Shown: positions 1-8,806 of the stretch, one piece after another | Numbering within the stretch: position 1 is the stretch's first letter | Layout of the letters: each line of letters begins with the position of its first letter | Assembly: GCF_028368995.1 (NCBI RefSeq) | Contig: NZ_JAQNDL010000003.1 | Coordinates: 1,088,001 to 1,152,000 of the forward strand | DNA: 64,000 nucleotides | Direction of reading: 5' to 3' | From: Nannocystis bainbridge | Lineage (GTDB): Bacteria > Myxococcota_A > Polyangia > Nannocystales > Nannocystaceae | Notes under the pieces: model-generated | What the model saw: the letters and a program-made list of their open reading frames with translations, nothing else | What the model was told of the DNA's origin: nothing | Database searches by the model: none | Made by a program: the position numbers and the translations under genes

Positions 1-20
1 GCCGCCCATGCGCTCGCGGC

Positions 21-1787
21 TCACACGAGCGTCGGTGTGACACCGGTCGACTGCAGCGGCGACTCGTCGTCGGCGCGCGCGAACAGCTCCACGAGATCGC
101 CGCGGCGCAGCTCCGCCACCTGCGCGACGATATCGCGCCCCGACAGCGAGCGACGCAGCGCCACCACGACGTCGAAGCAGCCCGCCACGTAGGCCCGCAG
201 ATGGGTCGGATCGGCGCCCGCCGACGTCAGCGCCAGCGTGGCCTGCATCCGCTCGAGCCCGACCTCGACGTTGTCGGCCGCGAGCACCGCGACCGTCGCC
301 CCGCCGGGGCGCCGCGCCGTCGCGCACAGCTCCGCGACCTCGACCCCGCCGAGGTCCTGTACGAACAGAAAGTCGGGTCGCATCCGCGCCGCGCTGCGGA
401 CCGCCGCGGTGGCGTCGCGGGCCGCGTCGAGGACGATCGCCCGGCTCGCCAGCGCGGCCGCGATCGGCCCGCGGTGGACCGCGACCACCCGCGCGTCGCC
501 GGGCAGCTCGCTGGCCATCGCCCCGAGCAGCGCGCCGGTGTCGGCGCGGGTCGATGCGCACACAAGGAAATTCAGGCGCTGCCGCAGCGCCGCGGACAGC
601 ATCTCGGCGGCCGCGGGCGACAGCGTCTTGCGCTCGCCGAGCGCGGCCAACGACAGCGTATCGCCCGCCGCGCGGGTCAGCACGAGGATCGGGCCCGAGG
701 CCGCGATCGGGCGCCCGATCGCGTGCACGGCCACGCCGGCCTCGGTGACGCCGTCGACGATCGGCGCCGACGCCGTCGTGCGGGTGCCGACCAGGCGCTC
801 GAGCGCGAGCCCGACCGCCTGCTCGCACGAGAAGCGGGCCGGGTGGCGCGAGCGCTGCTCGCCGCGCCGGACCTCGATGTGGCTGGCGCCGGCGACCAGC
901 ACCTCCGACACCGCGGCGTCGGCGAGGATGTCGTCGAGCGGACCGGTGCCCGCGACCTCCTGGGCCAGCCAATCGATCCACTGCCGCCGCTGGCGCGGAT
1001 CGGCCATCGTCAGCGTGCGCTCGACGATCTCGCGCGCGGCCGCGAGCGCGCGCACCCGCGCTTGCGGCCCCGGGGGCTCGCCGAGCAGCGCCTCCGAGGT
1101 CTGGCGGAACGCCAGCGCGAGCGCGTCGTCGAGCGTGCGCGGCGGCTCGGGGTCGGGCTCGGTGCGTCGCGGCGAGACCGCGGTGCGGCGCACATCCGCG
1201 CCGTACGGACGGGCGGGGACGTCGGGGGCGTCAGGAGAGATCCGGAACGATCCGCTGCCGGCCGGGCCGACCTGCTCGACCGTGCGGGCGGGGATGCGCT
1301 CGACGTCGTGGGCCGCGATCGGGTCGGTCGGGGTCGGCTCGGCCGAGCCGAGCAGCAAGTCCGGCGGCTCGCCGATCGGCTCCGGACCGCCCTGGAACTC
1401 GTCGTATTCGCCCTGCGGCTCGCCCTCGCCGTAGGCCTGCGGATCCTCGAAGTCAGGCCCGCCGCCATACGACTCCTGGACCTCGTGGCCCTCCTCGGCC
1501 CGCTCGAAGTGGAGCGTGAACACGCCGATGTCGACCGCGTCGTGCGGCGCCAGCACCACCGGCCCCCGCACCATCTCACCGTTGACGAAGGTGCCGTTGG
1601 TCGAGTTGTTGTCGACCAGGACGATGCCCTCTTCGTTCTCGATCACGCGGGCGTGGACGCTCGACACGCGGTTGTTCGGCAACACCACGTGGTTGCGGTC
1701 GACGCGACCGACCGTGATCTGCGGCAGCGTGAACTCGTGAACCTCGTCCTGACTGGAGTCTTGGCGGCGGATCGTGACGCGGATCAT
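21..1787 (-). CDS. FHA domain + CpaF/TadA (VirB11-family) ATPase-like protein, catalytic motifs degenerate
   Basis: N-terminal FHA motifs (VGR, VSSVH, STNGT). C-terminal CpaF-like segments GPLDDILADAAVSEVLV and SAARMRPDFLFVQDL. The Walker A position reads CASTRADT. Start placed at ATG 1787 (MIRVTIRR). Confidence 0.8.
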   Translation of the reverse strand: MIRVTIRRQDSSQDEVHEFTLPQITVGRVDRNHVVLPNNRVSSVHARVIENEEGIVLVDNNSTNGTFVNGEMVRGPVVLAPHDAVDIGVFTLHFERAEEGHEVQESYGGGPDFEDPQAYGEGEPQGEYDEFQGGPEPIGEPPDLLLGSAEPTPTDPIAAHDVERIPARTVEQVGPAGSGSFRISPDAPDVPARPYGADVRRTAVSPRRTEPDPEPPRTLDDALALAFRQTSEALLGEPPGPQARVRALAAAREIVERTLTMADPRQRRQWIDWLAQEVAGTGPLDDILADAAVSEVLVAGASHIEVRRGEQRSRHPARFSCEQAVGLALERLVGTRTTASAPIVDGVTEAGVAVHAIGRPIAASGPILVLTRAAGDTLSLAALGERKTLSPAAAEMLSAALRQRLNFLVCASTRADTGALLGAMASELPGDARVVAVHRGPIAAALASRAIVLDAARDATAAVRSAARMRPDFLFVQDLGGVEVAELCATARRPGGATVAVLAADNVEVGLERMQATLALTSAGADPTHLRAYVAGCFDVVVALRRSLSGRDIVAQVAELRRGDLVELFARADDESPLQSTGVTPTLV

Positions 1788-1873
1788 CAGTGGTTGCTCC
1801 CGCGCGCGCGCGGCGGTCTGCTCGACATGATTGACTCGAGTCGGGCGGGAAGGTAAGGACCCTATGGTACCCA

Positions 1874-2566
1874 ATGAGCCAGGTGGAGCGGCACATGAAT
1901 CTGCGGGCGCCTGCGAACTCCGACCTTCGAGGCAAGCTCGCCTGGCGTCGGCCCCTCGCGGTGCTCCTCCTCACGGCCACGGCGCTGGTCGCGAGCGCAT
2001 GCGCTCGCCGGCTCGATCTCACTCCGGGTGAGTTCGGGCGCATCAAGGACAAGGACTCCGAGCTCAAGACCCTGCGCGTGGTCCCCAACAAGACGCTCAT
2101 CTCGATTTACCGCGAGTCGTCGGTCAATCAGAGCTACGAGGTCAACAAGCGCAAGATCACCGAGCGCGGCGCCTACCGCCCGCTCGAGCGCATCATCGGC
2201 AAGAACACCCCCGGCAAGGTCGTCGGCACCAGCGAGCAGAACGGCATGCCGGTGCTGTGGGTCAGCTTCGACAACGAGTGCGAAGACACGGCCTGCAGCT
2301 ACGCCTTCGCCCAGACCGAGCTCGATCGCTACACCTTGATCAAGGTCCCCGACCGCGAGAAGTACGACGAGCCGGTCAGCTACCGCCGCAACTCCTTCAA
2401 GCGCAACCAGCTGCGCTACACCAAGCAGCGCTCGCTCGCCGAGGCCAACGAGGTGTTCGCGGTCGTGCGCAAGTCGGGCAAGGTCCTCACCATCGACCTG
2501 CAGATCCGCAAGGACGTCTACCGCCCGACCCGCTCCGCCGTCGAGCGCGCCGGCGGCGCCGACTGA
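1874..2566 (+). CDS. Hypothetical lipoprotein
   Basis: Hydrophobic signal ending in lipobox VASAC, high-GC3 codon usage. Start may be the Met at 1895. Confidence 0.75.
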   Translation: MSQVERHMNLRAPANSDLRGKLAWRRPLAVLLLTATALVASACARRLDLTPGEFGRIKDKDSELKTLRVVPNKTLISIYRESSVNQSYEVNKRKITERGAYRPLERIIGKNTPGKVVGTSEQNGMPVLWVSFDNECEDTACSYAFAQTELDRYTLIKVPDREKYDEPVSYRRNSFKRNQLRYTKQRSLAEANEVFAVVRKSGKVLTIDLQIRKDVYRPTRSAVERAGGAD

Positions 2567-2567
2567 A

Positions 2568-2585
2568 CCTGTCCGTACGGACAGC
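2568..2585. repeat. CATG-N10-CATG family palindrome (CCTGTCCGTACGGACAGC)
   Basis: Perfect 16-bp palindrome CTGTCCGTACGGACAG starting just after the stop codon at 2566. Confidence 0.6.
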
Positions 2586-2588
2586 TCC

Positions 2589-2700
2589 CTCCCGCCCCGC
2601 GCGATCGCCTGACCCTCGAGTCAGGTGGTCGCGCGCTCGCGTTGCTCCCGCCCCCGCGCGATCGCCTGACCCTCGAGTCAGGTGGTCGCGCGCTCGCGTT
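2589..2700. repeat. Tandem duplicated REP-like hairpin (2 x ~57 bp)
   Basis: GCGCGATCGCCTGAC-CCTCGA-GTCAGGTGGTCGCGC occurs twice in direct orientation. Each copy folds into a stem with G-U pairs. Confidence 0.8.
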
Positions 2701-3028
2701 TGCCCGGACAGCTGCCCGCGGCGGCCCTCCGGCGGCAGATCTGCTCCCGCGCCGAAGCGCCCGTTCGATCGGCCGGGCGAACCCCAGTTCGCCGGATGTC
2801 CCCGCGCCACCCGGTGCGGGCGTCGATCTCCTCGGCCCCGCGTCGTCGAGGATGATCTCGTCGCCGGCGCTGCCGGTCCCATGCACCGCGACGTGGGCAG
2901 CACGTCCCGGACTCTGTCGTCCCCGCACCGCTGCAGCCGTCCCCGCCCGTGCCCGCCGGTCCGGCTCGCCTTTCGTGACGTCCATCGGACAGACCTCCGC
3001 CGATCACTGCGTGCCGCCCTCGGCTACG

Positions 3029-3062
3029 CATGTCTTATGAGACATGTTTCAATGGACACATG
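3029..3062. repeat. CATG-N10-CATG family palindrome
   Basis: CATGTCTTATGAGACATGTTTCAATGGACAC, with CATG at 3029 and 3043. Confidence 0.75.
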
Positions 3063-3155
3063 ACCGTGTTGCTCTCCGCTCGCCGGCGCAACTCATGAGC
3101 GACCCCATCGACGAGCATCACCCGGGATCGACCCGTGCTCCTGCTCTGCCGCCCT

Positions 3156-4493
3156 TCACGGATCGACGCGATAGCGATCGATGAACGGTCCGCGATCGTC
3201 CGACTCGTCGTCCTCGGTGCCGTTGTCGTCGAGCCACAGCGAGACCAGCAGATCGACCGTGCCGTCCGGCTGCGGATCGGCGAAGACCCCCGCCGGCTCG
3301 AGGTCGAGCGGGAGCTCGATCGCCTCGTCCCCGCGCGTGCGACCGACCTGCGGATGCACCACCAGCTTGCGCGGCTCGGGCAGCGCGTACACCAGCGCCG
3401 GGTAACCGCTCGCGTCGAGGTCGAGCAGCACGAGGTGGACGTAGTAGACGGGCGGGCCGAACGGCGCGTTCGTCTGCGTGGGGCCCGCGTCGGTCCAGGC
3501 GGCGACCCGGGTGAACCTCCCGCCTGTCTCGCCCCGCGCGACCGCAAACTCCCCCGGCTGCTGCCCCTGTCCGGCCACGAACGTGGTCGCCGCGCCGACG
3601 AGGTCGACGACACCATCGGTGTCGACATCCCGTGCGAGCACCGTCGCCGCCATGGGCGGCAACACGGGCGCGTCGTTCAGCGTCCCCGGCGTGAGCATGC
3701 CTTGCGCGTCGCTCCACATCGTCCACACGCGCCCGACTCCGTCCACGAGCACCAGGTCGTCGCGCCCGTCGGCGTCGAGGTCGACGACCACCGTGACGAT
3801 GTTGTCCCGCGCCACGAATGGCCCCAGATCCAGCTCTTGCTCGAGCTCGAACATCTGCCCCGGCGGCGCGCCCGGCTTCGCCCGAAACACGTACGCCCGG
3901 TGCAGGTTGGTCGCGAACACCAGATCGGTTGCGCCGTCGCCGTCGAAGTCGCCGAATGCCCCGTCGAACCGGCTCTCCGGGTCGCCGTGGTACTCCGGCC
4001 TGTACTCCCAGAACAGGTACCGCTCGTAGTCGAACTGGTACCCCGGGCGCGTATGGAGCACGATGCCGCCGAACGCGACTGCCTGGACGTCGTACGACCA
4101 GTACTCGTACTGCATCAGCGCCAGCAGGTCGCTGAAGCCATCACCGTCGAAATCTCGGCCGCTCGCGCGGTAGACCGTGTGTTCCAGGCCGTCCTCACCG
4201 CGAAACTCCCCCCGGTACAAAACATCCCAGGAGTGCGGGCCTTCCCTCGTCACGCGATAGTTGCCGCTGTACCCCTCCCCATCCACGTAATAGTCGCGCG
4301 AACCATCACCGCCGAAGTCGCCCGCGAGGAAGACCCCGCCGCCGATTGGGGTCGGCTTCCGCTCGACCTTGAGACAGACCTCCCCATCGACCGAGATCCC
4401 GTCGCCGCAGTGGCGGAACGATGGCGACGGCGCCATCTCGTCGCCGCAGGCGGCAACGAGTACGAGCACGGCCAGCGCTCGTCGAAGGGGCAT
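3156..4493 (-). CDS. FG-GAP/VCBS repeat lipoprotein
   Basis: Lipobox LVAAC and repeated DxDGDGxxD motifs (DFDGDGFSDL, DFDGDGATDL, DLDADGRDDL, DVDTDGVVDL). Confidence 0.85.
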   Translation of the reverse strand: MPLRRALAVLVLVAACGDEMAPSPSFRHCGDGISVDGEVCLKVERKPTPIGGGVFLAGDFGGDGSRDYYVDGEGYSGNYRVTREGPHSWDVLYRGEFRGEDGLEHTVYRASGRDFDGDGFSDLLALMQYEYWSYDVQAVAFGGIVLHTRPGYQFDYERYLFWEYRPEYHGDPESRFDGAFGDFDGDGATDLVFATNLHRAYVFRAKPGAPPGQMFELEQELDLGPFVARDNIVTVVVDLDADGRDDLVLVDGVGRVWTMWSDAQGMLTPGTLNDAPVLPPMAATVLARDVDTDGVVDLVGAATTFVAGQGQQPGEFAVARGETGGRFTRVAAWTDAGPTQTNAPFGPPVYYVHLVLLDLDASGYPALVYALPEPRKLVVHPQVGRTRGDEAIELPLDLEPAGVFADPQPDGTVDLLVSLWLDDNGTEDDESDDRGPFIDRYRVDP

Positions 4494-4618
4494 GGTCCGA
4501 CACCCTAGCGCGCGCATGTGTGCCTGTCCAGGTCGCGCCGACGACGACGGAGGAACAGGGGCGCGAGCCCAAGGAGCCACGCGCCGCTCGCGGGTTCCGT
4601 CGCGCAGCCGCAGCGAGG

Positions 4619-5206
4619 CTACACTTGCCGGTCGGGATCGGTCCGTCGTCGGTCGGGACATAGCCGGGCTCGGTCGGCCGTTCGTCGAGGAAGCTGCGGA
4701 TCTGGCTGGCATTCGCGACGCAGTTCGGCCCGTGAACAGGGGTCGATACGCCCGCGTTGGCGATCTGCGAGATCGCGCTGCACTTGTTGTCGTAGGTGAG
4801 CTCGGAGTACAGGCGCCCGATAGCGAACGTGCCCATGAAGTCGGCGAGTGTCTCCCTCAAGGAGAGGCTCTCGTCGGTGCTGTCGAGCACGCAGGCCGGC
4901 TTGCACATCATGTCCCCGGGGCCCCCGCAGCCGCTGCCGACGACGCCGTAACCCGGCGCCCTCAGCCATCGGCACGGCGATCGGCGCCCCGCGGCGCAAC
5001 CAGCCGACGGGAGACCCGTTGCCGTGCACGAAGACCTCCGTACAGCAGCTCGCGCCCGGGGCACAGGGCTCGTCACACGAGTCCGCGGCGGCCTCGATCG
5101 CCCGCGCCCCGACCTCCTCCGCGCTATCATCACAACCGGCCGATAACGCCAACGCCAACAAACAAACCTGTGAGTCACGCACCTGCTCGATTCCTCCTGC
5201 CACCAT
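4619..5206 (-). pseudogene. Frameshifted Cys-rich lipoprotein remnant
   Basis: Signal and lipobox (LALSAGC) lie in one frame. Protein-like sequence continues in another frame (GYGVVGSGCGGPGDMMCKPAC...) after about 4955. Confidence 0.55.
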
Positions 5207-5412
5207 GGGCATACGCGAGTGAAGCAGCGTCACCCGCCCTGTCCAGGCACCGCCCATTTGCGTTCCCACGCGAACAGCCGTTGGGGGTACGCAGCTCGGG
5301 TTGCAGGTGTAAACGACGTCCGAGGCTTCGCGCTCCCTCGCTCGCCTCCAGAGCGCTGGCCCCCGCCCTCGTGATGCGGAGGCTGCGCTCAGTATCATGC
5401 CGAGCGATAGGA

Positions 5413-5430
5413 CATGTTCACAAGAACATG
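5413..5430. repeat. CATG-N10-CATG family palindrome
   Basis: GACATGTTC-ACAA-GAACATGTC is a perfect inverted repeat, just downstream of the T6SS operon. Confidence 0.8.
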
Positions 5431-5461
5431 TCTGTTCGGAGTCCCGCGACCTCGCGGTGGT

Positions 5462-6409
5462 CTACCCGCCTGTGGGCACCTGCGTCGTGTTCTCGAGCCG
5501 CGTGCGGGTCCAGGCGCTGCGCGGGGCGATGAACACCCCGTCGCGGAACACCAGCGGGCGCTTCTCGGCGGCGTCGATGCGCTCCTCGCAGGGCGTCGCG
5601 GTGTTCTTGGGGTCGCAGTCCTTGCTGCGGATCGTCTCGTCGACGATCGGCACGCCCTTCTCGAACTTGAGCAGGCGGACCAGGTCGTAGCGGCGGATCC
5701 ACCCGTCCTTGAGCGTCAGCTCGAAGTGGTCCGAGAGCACGAAGCGAGCCGGGCCGATGTCGACCCCGTCCTCGATCATCGGCGCGCTGACGAACCGCTG
5801 CTCGACCAGCGGCAGCAGCTGGGCCTCGCGCGAGCACTTGGCCCCGGGCTGGTCTTTGGGACAGTTCTCGCTCTCGACCACCAGCACCTTGGCGTCGACG
5901 CCGAGCGGCTCCAGGCGCAGGCGGGGCCGCTGGGCCGGGGCCTGGACGCTGCCGATCCCGCGGACCTCGAGGCCGCGCTCGACCCATCGGACCAGCGCGA
6001 CCGGGCCGAGCGCGTCGCCGTTGCCGAGGTCCTGGATCCGCGCCCACACCAGCAGCGCCCCGTCCTCGCCCTGCGTGAACGTCACGTCGCCGTCGCCGAG
6101 GCGGCGCTTGTCGAGCGGTCGCGCGGTGGCCCGCGGATCCTCCTTGAGGTTGTCCGGCCAGGTCACCTCGATCGGCCGGCCGCTGCACTCGCGCGGCTCG
6201 TCCGGCGGCTCCATCGCCATGCGATTGAAGTTGCGGACCAGCACCGAGTACCACACGTCGACCGGCAGGGTCTGGGTGTCCGCCTCGTTGGCGCGCTCGG
6301 CCGCCACCATCGACGGGCAGACCGGCATGTCGCGGTCCTTCGGCTTGCAAGCGCCGGCGGCGAGGAGCAGCGCCGTCCCGGCGAACATCGTCATCATCGA
6401 CCTACGCAT
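5462..6409 (-). CDS. Hypothetical lipoprotein translationally coupled to tagH
   Basis: Lipobox LAAGAC and paired cysteines. Its start overlaps the tagH stop. Confidence 0.8.
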   Translation of the reverse strand: MRRSMMTMFAGTALLLAAGACKPKDRDMPVCPSMVAAERANEADTQTLPVDVWYSVLVRNFNRMAMEPPDEPRECSGRPIEVTWPDNLKEDPRATARPLDKRRLGDGDVTFTQGEDGALLVWARIQDLGNGDALGPVALVRWVERGLEVRGIGSVQAPAQRPRLRLEPLGVDAKVLVVESENCPKDQPGAKCSREAQLLPLVEQRFVSAPMIEDGVDIGPARFVLSDHFELTLKDGWIRRYDLVRLLKFEKGVPIVDETIRSKDCDPKNTATPCEERIDAAEKRPLVFRDGVFIAPRSAWTRTRLENTTQVPTGG

Positions 6410-7775
6410 CTTCGTCCTCCTCGGCGTCTTCGCCGGACTGCACGCGGATCCCGGCGCGCGCGAGCTCCTCGCGGATCGCTCGCCCGGCCGCCGTGCGGAA
6501 CACCTTGCCCAGACCCTCGTCGCCGTCGCCGAACACCGACTCGTAGCGCTCCTCGAAGCGGCGCCACAGCGCCCCCGCGCGGGTCGGCCAGGCCGCCGTC
6601 ACCGAGCGCTCGATCTCCCGCGGCGACAGCGTCTCGCCGACCTTCTGCCCGCCGCTCACCGTCCCGCGCAGCGCCCCGCGCAGGTGGGCCATCGCCGCCG
6701 CGAACACCTCCGCCAGCTGGTGCGCCCGCTCCTCGCGGGTCGCTCGCCAGTCGAGCAAGTAGCGCAGCAGGTCCGCGTCCGACTCGGCGATCAGCAGCGG
6801 GTTCTCGTCGCCGTCGACGCGCACCCCGAGCTCGCCGCCCTGGCGGTGCATCAGCTCCTGCAGCTCGACGGTGGCGACCGCGAAGGCCCGCAGCGCGGCG
6901 ACGCAGCGGTCGAGGAAGCGGCGGGTCTCGTCGACGTTGCCGGGCGGGCGCAGGCCCTCGAGCAGCTGCTCGGCCGCCTGCGCGACCGCCCCGAGCTCGG
7001 CCTGCTGATAGAACTCGGCGCCGCCGTGGTCGAGCGCGGCCGGGCCCTCGCTACCTGTCCCGAAGGACAGCGGCGGGAACTCGCGCTGCAGCAGCAGCGC
7101 CTCGCCGCGGTCGCGCCCGGTCGACAGCTCGGCCATCGACTCGCCGAGGGCCGCGTCCCAGGCCATGTGGCCCTCGCGCAGCTTCTCGTACAGCGGCCGC
7201 AGGCGCAGGATCGCCTGGTGCAGCCGCGACAGGTTCATCTGCTGCGTCCCGCCCTCGGGCATCAGCGACGGCGGCTCGTCGCCGTCGCCGAGCTCGCCCT
7301 GCGCCGACCGGCGGTCGCGCATGTGCAGCTCGTCCGGCGGCGTCGGCCCCGGCGCCCCGCCGCGCGGGCGGGCCCCGCGAGGAGCTGGCTCTTCGAACAG
7401 GTCCGGAGGGCCAGATTGCTGCTGTTGCTGCGGCTGCTGGGCGCCCTCGACCTTGTGCTCGATCAGCAGCTCGACCGGGCCGATGGCGATCTTGACGCGG
7501 CCGCGGACCTCGACCCGGCCGCCGGACGCGACCCGCTGGCCGTCGACGCTGAGGCCGTTGGCGCCGCCGAGGTCCTCGACGCGGGCGCCGCGGGCGTCGA
7601 ACTTGGCGACCGCGTGCCACGACGACACGAACTTGTAGGGCAGCTGCAGCTCGTTGCCCGGGTCGCGACCGATGCGCACCGGGCCGCGCTGGAACTCGTG
7701 GCGCTTCGAGCGGTGCTCCTCGGTGTCGATCACCGTCACGACCAGGCTGAACTTCGGGACCTGTCCTTTGATCAA
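6402..7775 (-). CDS. tagH: Type VI secretion FHA-domain protein TagH/Fha
   Basis: FHA motifs IGRD, VSSWH, ANGL. TagH-like C-terminus (ENPLL...AMAHL...LSPREIE...LWRRFEERY). The TTG start overlaps the tssG stop (TTGA). Confidence 0.8.
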   Translation of the reverse strand: MIKGQVPKFSLVVTVIDTEEHRSKRHEFQRGPVRIGRDPGNELQLPYKFVSSWHAVAKFDARGARVEDLGGANGLSVDGQRVASGGRVEVRGRVKIAIGPVELLIEHKVEGAQQPQQQQQSGPPDLFEEPAPRGARPRGGAPGPTPPDELHMRDRRSAQGELGDGDEPPSLMPEGGTQQMNLSRLHQAILRLRPLYEKLREGHMAWDAALGESMAELSTGRDRGEALLLQREFPPLSFGTGSEGPAALDHGGAEFYQQAELGAVAQAAEQLLEGLRPPGNVDETRRFLDRCVAALRAFAVATVELQELMHRQGGELGVRVDGDENPLLIAESDADLLRYLLDWRATREERAHQLAEVFAAAMAHLRGALRGTVSGGQKVGETLSPREIERSVTAAWPTRAGALWRRFEERYESVFGDGDEGLGKVFRTAAGRAIREELARAGIRVQSGEDAEEDEDA

Positions 7776-8806
7776 GCCGCTCCCTCGCGCCGCTTGCCCA
7801 TCGGCACTGCCATGCGGGTGGTGAGGCCGGCCTGCTTGCTGCGGGCCAGCCACAGATCGTCGGCCAGCCGGCGCTCGCCGAGGCGGGCCGGCGGGTACGT
7901 CATGTCCTGGATCTCGAGGATCATGTCGAGGTGGAGCGGCTCGTCGAGGAAGGTGTCGAGCACCTCCGCCGCGCGCTCGTAGGCGCGGCCGCCGGGCGTG
8001 AAGTCCTTGTAGTTGTCGCCCGACAGCGGGCCGACCACCACCCGCGCCGCGCCGGAGCGGTGCATCACGCTGGTGCCGAGCACCGACGTCGCCCCGACGC
8101 TGGCCGTGCCGCCGCCGAGGCGCGACCACTCGGCCGGGTCGATCGGCATCCACTCGCCGGTGAACGGCTCGCAGCGGATCTGCGCGGCGCCGAGGCAGTC
8201 GTCGAGCGCGATCCGCAGCGCCGCCTCGAGCATCTGCGGCGAGCGCACGCCCGACGCCAGCACCGGCGCCAGGCGCAGCAGGTGGCCGATCGACAGCGCC
8301 CGCGCCCGCTCGCCGACCCCGAGCAGCGCCAGCACGCGCAGCGTCCACGGATCCTTGCCGTCCTCGCGGAAGCCGCCCGGGTAGTCGAGCTGACGCACCC
8401 CGCGGTACAGCAGGCTGAGGAGGCGGTGGTGGAACAGCCCCAGCACCCCGCGCACGACCTCGCCGTGGTCGTCGTCGCGATCTGCCTCTTCGGCCATGTG
8501 CAGCGGCAGCGGCGTGGCCGCGCCGGTGAGGCCGAAGAAGTCGGCGACCAGGCGCGCGCGCAGGCCGTCGGGCCCGCGCTCGAGCGCCACCGACTCGACC
8601 TCCGCGCGCAGGAACCCGAGCCCCGGCGCGTGGCCGAGCAGCACCCGCTCGTCCTGGAAGCGCTCGCCGGCCCCGAGCTCGCCGCCGCCGGTGGCGGCCG
8701 TCAGCACGTCGACCGCGGTGAAGAAATCGACCAGACCTGGCGCTTCGGCCAGGCGCTCGGCCCACGACTCCGCCGTCTCCTTTACAGGCCGATCTGCACG
8801 GGCCAC
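7772..8806 (-). CDS. tssG: Type VI secretion baseplate subunit TssG
   Basis: Motifs DFFTAV, FFGLTGAATPLP, LGLFHHRLLSLLYR, FTGEW and VVVGPLS..YKDFTPGG. GTG start overlaps the end of tssF. Confidence 0.9.
   Translation of the reverse strand: MARADRPVKETAESWAERLAEAPGLVDFFTAVDVLTAATGGGELGAGERFQDERVLLGHAPGLGFLRAEVESVALERGPDGLRARLVADFFGLTGAATPLPLHMAEEADRDDDHGEVVRGVLGLFHHRLLSLLYRGVRQLDYPGGFREDGKDPWTLRVLALLGVGERARALSIGHLLRLAPVLASGVRSPQMLEAALRIALDDCLGAAQIRCEPFTGEWMPIDPAEWSRLGGGTASVGATSVLGTSVMHRSGAARVVVGPLSGDNYKDFTPGGRAYERAAEVLDTFLDEPLHLDMILEIQDMTYPPARLGERRLADDLWLARSKQAGLTTRMAVPMGKRREGAA

Noticed and set aside
201-1856. Many long overlapping ORFs (e.g. 201-1856, 5709-7982, 14273-18235, 15507-18182, 21034-23979, 58897-61221)
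   Set aside because: Shadow or antisense frames rich in Arg/Ala/Gly/Pro, expected at this GC content and overlapping recognisable genes.
2589-2700. Possible CRISPR mini-array
   Set aside because: Only two adjacent copies, no unique spacers and no cas genes.
7747-7775. GGACCTGTCC resembling the CATG-family half-site at the tssG/tagH junction
   Set aside because: It lies in coding sequence and the partner unit is weak, so it was not counted.
7776-8765. 787-aa ORF 6402-8765 and 790-aa ORF 7772-10144 as fusion proteins
   Set aside because: The N-terminal extensions are out-of-frame shadows of tssG and tssF. True starts are placed at 7775 and 8806.
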